Of a DNA stretch of 64,000 bases, positions 58,025 to 64,000 are shown piece after piece. The notes beneath the pieces are model-generated. The model saw only the letters and a list, made by a program, of their open reading frames with translations. It was not told the origin of the DNA and searched no databases. The stretch covers positions 4,030,001-4,094,000 of the forward strand of contig OX337230.1 in assembly GCA_946965045.2 (NCBI GenBank). The letters are read 5' to 3'. Every line of letters begins with the position of its first letter. The stretch's first letter is position 1. Source of the DNA: Epithemia pelagica. Taxonomy: Eukaryota > Protista > Bacillariophyta. The position numbers and the translations under genes are program-made.

Positions 58025-58644
58025 TGGATTTGTGCATGGTGCCTTCCAACCGGGCACACTCCGAATTGCTCTCCAACTGTCGGAACAATGAAATGTTGTG
58101 TTGTGCAATGAAATGATTCGAGTACAATGAGATGCTCGAATCATCGTGGAATCATTTCATGGCACAACACAAAGTTGACATGGACTGTAATGCAACGACA
58201 CACAACCGTGACGGCATCCACTTTGGTTGTGTCGACCCAGCGAGATTCCATCATGGTGATTCCATCATGGTACACAGTATGTGAGTTGGGATGGTGTGGT
58301 GGTGCATTGTAAATGACGTGACAAATAGGATACACAACATAACTAAGGAGTTAACATGATCTTCCTAAAAGCTCGTGACGTCAACATGACAAGTATTGGA
58401 AAGTAGAACTTCACTGATATTGCTTCCTCAGCTTTTGACGTGGTATGCAACCTGTTGCACCGTAAGTGCCATCCTCTTCGTTGTACCACCATGTCAGACA
58501 TGTGTATTGGTCCTGACTTGGTATTGCTTACGAATTGAGTTCGAGGTTGTGCAGCATGTTGCATTCCCATTGGGGATACCCACTCCTTCTCATCACGAAT
58601 GAGAGCATGCATCCGTTTGGAGGTTGCTCACAGAGTTGTAAATC

Positions 58645-58856
58645 TACTTTAATAGCCAGGGTGGACGAGGAGGAGCTAGGGTGTGAGGAGTGGCTTAACT
58701 CCGAGAAGGGCAATAGCGACGAGGAGTGGACTGCCCCTGTGAGATCCGCGTAAGCGGATCGAGGGGGCAGTCCACGACGAGAAGCTATTGCCCGACGAGG
58801 AGTTTAGCCACGAGGAGCGCCCTGCGACGAGGAGTCCCCCCGGGGCTATTAAAGTA
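58645..58856 (+). other. 212-nt rod-like hairpin with GTAA tetraloop and purine-rich symmetric internal loops (structured RNA or ssDNA candidate)
   Basis: Stems tactttaatagcc/ggctattaaagta, tggcttaactcc/ggagtttagcca, gggcaatagc/gctattgccc, tggactgcccct/agggggcagtcca and gatccgc-GTAA-gcggatc. Loops are built from CGAG(G/A)AG on both arms. Confidence 0.8.
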
Positions 58857-59263
58857 TGTTAGCTTCCTTTGTCACGAGGAGTCCTGCCCGCGCACCCTAG
58901 GTAATTTTCGTTCTTCCTAAGTGATCGTTTCTCTCAATTGATACTTAGTAATCGCTGGCCTATTTAGCTTTCTACATTCACGCCGGCACAATGTTAGTTA
59001 GGTATCTTGCTTGCGTGCTTGCGCACCTCATCCGATTGCTCGCGTTGCTCAAATAGCATCATACTGTCGTGCTTGCGCAACAAATCCGATGGCTCGCGTA
59101 AGTCAAATAGGTACATAGGACAAGTCGTGTTGTTTACATAGGCGTGACACACTAATACATAAGTAATTTCTATTTATTACTTACATCCCCCACCCCCCCC
59201 AACTGACAATCCCACGATTCTCTCGTACAGACGACACATTTTGTGCAACGACAACACAACAAC

Positions 59264-62200
59264 ATGATGAGAAAAGGAAGACAACCGACCATGGTGACTC
59301 CTCCTCCTTCTGGAGGAGTTGGTAGTGCTTCCAAACAGGTTGATTGTGAAGTCGTAGACCTTTGCACTCCTCCTCAAGTAATAGATCTTTGTAGTTCGTC
59401 TTCCTCGTCTAGTTGCTCATCAGACTCTTCGGGGGAAACTCTTGTCTTTATCACAAAGGACAATGCAACAGACGAATGGGATGGTAATCTCTTTCGCCGT
59501 TTGGAGATCTACTACGACTGCACTGGGTCATCCGACGACTTCAGCGCCTGTAGTTCCGACCCTTGGATCATGGAAATCCTACAGAGACGGTAAGTTTTCG
59601 CCGCGTTTCCCACCATTGTCGTGTGTTTTCCTTCCAGACGTCTTCCCAAAATTTCAAACCACCTGCCGTGCGCGCGCGCATGGTCGAGTCGCTGTTATGT
59701 TTCCTACTGATTCCTACGTACAGCCTACGTGTCCGCACATTGTTGCAAGTGTCACCGTCTTCACTTTCCTCACCCTCATTTTTCATTGTGCACTGTTTTT
59801 TCATCGTCGTTTCGCAGCCCGACCATGGCGACTCGACAATCTTGCCGCCAAATGGAGCGGGCAGCTGCGAGAAACAACGACGACACCACCAACTCAACCA
59901 ATAACGTCAACCCGTACCGCAATTCCAGGCGCCCACCCGACAACCGTGCGAATCGTCCACCTTTGACAGAAACAAATATTCCTCCTTCCCGAAATCGTCG
60001 TCAACAACAACAGGACGATAACCAAGCACCTGAGCAATCAAAGTAAGTACGAGTGTGTTCTACTGTTTTCTATCGTTATCTGAGTTGTAACTAACCACCG
60101 TGTTTCCTTATACCCCTTCAGCATTGTTGCGAGGCCTGATCCTTCTTCCCGTCGTCGTCAACTGGAACAACTTGACCTTCCCAACCATGCGAACGACGCC
60201 CTTCTGAATGCTGCCACGGTTGTTGAATCATGCAAAGTAGATACCAAGTTGGTCTCCCAAGCATTGGTGAAGCGGATGTATTTGACATGGGATACCGAAA
60301 CAGGCACCATGCGGATTGGTGAGGCTTCATTCAACCCGCCCACCATGGACTCGTCCTGTGCACGATCGTTGGCTGCCTGGAGCCAGTATTGTCGCCTCTC
60401 TCCCACCATCTACGGGAACAGTACCTTCACCATCCGAGACCTTACCGGATGCAAGGCTTCCTACGATAAGGAAAAGTCGGCATCGGTCAACAAGTTTCTC
60501 GAATGCTTGCAAAAGCATCACGAGATGCACTTCCTTTTGGAGATTCTTGAAGACATCGACGAGTTGTCTGGTGCACAAACACCAACCCCACTTCTTTTCC
60601 TAGCACTTCGAGGAGTCAAAACTCCATCCAAGTTGACATTGTTGAATAGCGCCGTAATGGTTTTCTTGGTGAACCACCGAATGCGTGGATTCAACCCGGA
60701 GACAGACGACGTGGAAGATCCCAAGTATTTCTTCCAACCCAACACAACAATGAAGATGCTGAACCATCTCTTTGCTCTTCTACGAACACATGGCATCGTC
60801 ATCGCCCAAAGCGATCTTCGGAACGGGCATGGCAACTACCATGCCTACCTTGCCGACATTTGGAACAAGGCAGCCCTCGTCCGTCCCGAATTCGGCCGCC
60901 TCCCGCAACGTGCACCCACGGCATTCGACGATGAAGAAAAAATGCGGACGTGCGAGCCAGAGCTTCGGCCGTTCGAACCCGGCCAATATGCGACGGCCTT
61001 GAGCATGGGAGTGTACAAATCGTCACGAGATTTTGGCCTTCGGGGACCAGAAGTAAGTTGTTGTTGTTGTGTTTGTTGACTGTTGTCGTTGTTGCTGTTG
61101 TCTAACAGTTTGGTTGTTGCATGTTGTTGTCTCCAGATAAGATTATTTAAAGTTTCGGATCTTATCTTTATTGCACGTCTAGACAAATCATACGGAATGT
61201 TGGCTGGGCTTCCCGCGATTATTCTGAAAGAATCTGTGCTTGAGAAATCGTCGCATCTCGCGACGAACAATCTCGCCTTCGATCGAGTCGCGAACGACAC
61301 CCGAGACTCGACCCATATGGTAATCGAAAACCCTGACGACAAATTCTCGACGTACAAGATCCTGACGCACCTCATGAAGGTGGGTCACCCGCCAGGGTGG
61401 CAAGGTCTGTTGTTTCTGGAGCAGGTACCCGCCAAGCACATGGCGGCCCGAAAGGATGGTGCGAAGCACCTCGGTTGGACGGAGTTAGTCCCTGAAACTT
61501 CGCAGACCGATGCGGATGGATCGGGCTTCAAGTGTGCGGGTAGATTGGGCTCAAACTGGCCGAATAGGAATGCCCGTCAACTTGCCATTCGTTGCAAGTT
61601 TGACAACGCCGAGAAAGTAACGTTTCGGACCGGACGACGAACTGGCATCTCAAAAGTTGCCAACTGTGGAGTACCCCAAAAAGCCTCCGATTCCTTCGCC
61701 CGTCATAAGTCATCTTCAGTCAACGTCTTGTACCAAGACTTGACAGCGGAGAACCACCAACGGACCATAACGGCAAATTGGTACCGGCCACCCGAAAAGA
61801 ACGACGAGGAATCCGACAGCAACAAAGAAAACGTGAAGAAAGGTACGTACAGCGGTCATGACATGATCGTTACTACTATTTACTCTCTCACTGTATTGTT
61901 TTCTTGTGATTCAGACGACAAAAAGAAGAAGAAGAACAAGAAGAAGAAGAAAGAGTCGTCTTCCCCCTCATCGTCATCGTCGTCGTCGTCTACAGACATC
62001 GATACATTTCTCCAAAAGGCTAAGAAGAAGATTCTTCGTCGTAAGGCATTGGAGAAGCTGAAGGCTTCGAAGGAGGATGATTCCTCAATCGAAGATGAGA
62101 ATTCGTTGGCTCGCATCTATCGTCTCTTGGACGACAAGCCATCCAAGTCGTCCAAGTCCAAGTCGAATGGTACGTTGATTGTTGTGTTTGTGTTTCATAA

Positions 62201-63307
62201 CTTTTTATCGTTGCATCTTCTCACTTTCTCATGTTCTTTTTATCAGTCTCGGAATCCAAGAAGAAACGCAAGAAGAAGAAGAAGAAGACGAGTAGGAAGT
62301 CAATCGCATACTCTTCGTCCTCGTCGTCATCGTTGTCTGGTTGCATCGAACTTCTTTCTCATCATCGCAAGAAGAAAAAGATGACTCCCCCCAACACCAT
62401 CACTGGTACGTTGATTGTGTGTGTTTTTTGTTGATTGTTGGTTTGTTGTTCTCATGTGATGTTTTCCCTTTCTTTCATTGTTGTATTCTCAGTTCCACCA
62501 CAACCGTCGTCTCTTGTTCCGCAGCTTTCCCCCTCTCAATCCACGCAACCTCCACCACCAACAGCAACTGTGAAACCGCCGCCACCAACAGCAACTCTGA
62601 AACCGCCGCCACCACCATCCTCAACAACAGACCATCTTGCACCAGCTCAAACCAACGGAGCTTTGCAACCAGGTCCACCACCAACAACAACCACCATCGT
62701 CGAGGCGACTGTGCAACCTGCACCAACAACAACCACAACAACCGCCATCGTCGAGGCGACTGTGCAACCAGCACCAACAACAACCACAACAACCGCCATC
62801 GTCGAGGCGACTGCTCCAATTGCGCAACCACCACCAGTTCCACCGCCACCCATTTCCGCTACGACCCCCGCCATGCCACCACCAACAACAACAACAGCAC
62901 CTACCGTGCCAGCACCAGCTCCTCCGCCAACGTCGACGGAACACCAACCATACCACCACCAACCATACCACCACCAAGAGTTTCGCACTGGTTCCGGCGG
63001 CCACAACGACGGTGGTCGCGACCGGTCGGTTGATTGTCGTGTGGAGGAGCACCATCGTGTTGCTTACCATCGCAACAACTGGTACCCCCCTCCTCCACGG
63101 TCGGATACACCACCACCATACCATCATCACCATTCCTCACGAGGATACAATCATCACCGCCCATACACGCCATCGCCACCGCCGTATTACCATCACCACC
63201 ACCGTGGCAGTGGATACACCCCTCCACCTCCCCCTCCACCTCGTCACCATCATCGCGGTTCACATCATCATCATGGAAGTAGCCACGGATATGGCTACAA
63301 CTACTGA
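59264..63307 (+). CDS. Tyrosine recombinase, 7 predicted exons, ~1138 aa
   Basis: Exons 59264-59589, 59818-60042, 60122-61052, 61137-61842, 61915-62169, 62247-62405 and 62493-63307. All introns are GT-AG with matching phases, total 3417 nt, open. Motifs: FGLRGPE|IRLFKVSDL (box I Arg), FRTGRRTGIS (box II Arg), FARHKSSSVNVLY (His and Tyr). Confidence 0.8.
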
Positions 63308-63780
63308 AATACCGTAGTCTTCGGTACGTTTGCTGTTGTTATTGCATTCTTGGTTGATTGTTGTATCGTTGTCTTACCATTCTATCACTCTTTTTGACAG
63401 ATTGATATCGCTTTTGCTTTTTTGCATGTCTTTTGCAAGGTGGCCTCTAGCTTGATGTCTCGATAGGTACGTTGAATTTCCCGAACCGCCTACCGCTCCA
63501 CTTTACGCACCACTTTCTCACACGATCTTGATTTTTGCTATTTTGTCTTGGCATGAAATTTCGTGGTGCATTTCGCTTTGCTACTGAATTTTCCGTGTCG
63601 TGTGTACGCTTTGTGTCGTGTGTTTGTTTGTTGCGCCCTGCCTCGTGATTCTTGTTTCCATGTCTGTGTTTCCGTTGCTCTATCTACTTGATTCGTGTTG
63701 TTCTCGCCATTTCCGTTGGTGCACCTCTTGTTCGCTTTTTCCTGTTAATGTGTTTGTTCTCTCGTTGTTTTCCCTACGGA

Positions 63781-63832
63781 TTTCCTGGGTGTACTACTTT
63801 TCCTGGGTGTGCTACTTTCCTGGGTGTGCTAC
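63781..63832. repeat. Three copies of a 17-18 bp unit near the right end of the Crypton-like element
   Basis: tttcctgggtgt(a/g)ctac x3. Confidence 0.85.
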
Positions 63833-64000
63833 TTTTTCGTTTGGGCTATTCTAATTTTTCTACACTAAAATAAAAATCAAAGTACAGTAATTTTTCGGGC
63901 TTATGTAGAGTGGGGAGTAGGTGGGGGAGGGGTAGGACGACGAGTGAGAAAGGTAGACGAAAACACCACGTATTCTTGTCCATGAGTGGGAATGACGCAC

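Larger units (their letters stand above)
58638..63955 (+). mobile_element. Crypton-like tyrosine-recombinase DNA element (~5.3 kb)
   Basis: Clean interruption of a Kelch paralog, no TIR or clear TSD (GTA at both junctions), single YR gene, no RT. Confidence 0.8.
58556..64000 (-). pseudogene. Kelch paralog split by the Crypton-like element; its 5' part continues beyond the right edge
   Basis: 58556-58637 and 63956-64000 together match 53930-54033 (ctcacagagtt|gacgaaaacaccacg). A 4-bp duplication (catgcatcc) also shifts the frame. Confidence 0.85.

Noticed and set aside
58645-58856. Hairpin as a bridge-RNA-like guide matching the insertion site
   Set aside because: The only match to the target is the 5-mer GACGA, which is part of the repeated loop motif; not enough to claim target guiding.
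62341-63317. Overlapping low-complexity ORFs in several frames
   Set aside because: Produced by CAC/CAA/ACC microsatellite-like sequence; only the frame of 62493-63307 fits the splice phases.

Overview
Eukaryotic nuclear DNA with spliceosomal GT-AG introns. It is most likely from a pennate diatom (inference from CoDi-type copia elements and a bipartite plastid-targeting SLA-F motif). The window is a transposon-rich accessory region with six parts. (1) A plastid-type MATE transporter gene that runs off the left edge and is absent from the ORF track, plus three scattered 3' fragments of it. (2) A cluster of Crinkler/RHS (CR)-like modular effector genes and pseudogenes (REase+kinase, P-loop NTPase+REase, trypsin-fold protease with Cys at the nucleophile position). 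Several share a ~62-65 aa first exon and a homologous intron. (3) A four-level nest, each level with its target-site duplication: a PIF/Harbinger-like MITE (15039-40069) contains a hAT element (15432-39984), which contains copia-1 (15867-33406), which contains copia-2 (21803-30186). The hAT element has a transposase and a convergent endonuclease III-like DNA glycosylase gene. (4) A NOG1-like GTPase. (5) An actively rearranging array of stand-alone Kelch genes. (6) A ~5.3 kb Crypton-like element inserted in a Kelch gene. It encodes a 7-exon tyrosine recombinase, and its left end is a 212-nt strand-specific rod hairpin whose internal loops can zip through repeated tandem G.A/A.G pairs. The strongest candidates for undescribed biology are the recombinase element with its hairpin, the glycosylase-carrying hAT, the exon-shuffled CR-like effector family and half-tRNA-Asn priming of copia-2. 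All alignments, folds and coordinates were done by eye; no database search was possible.
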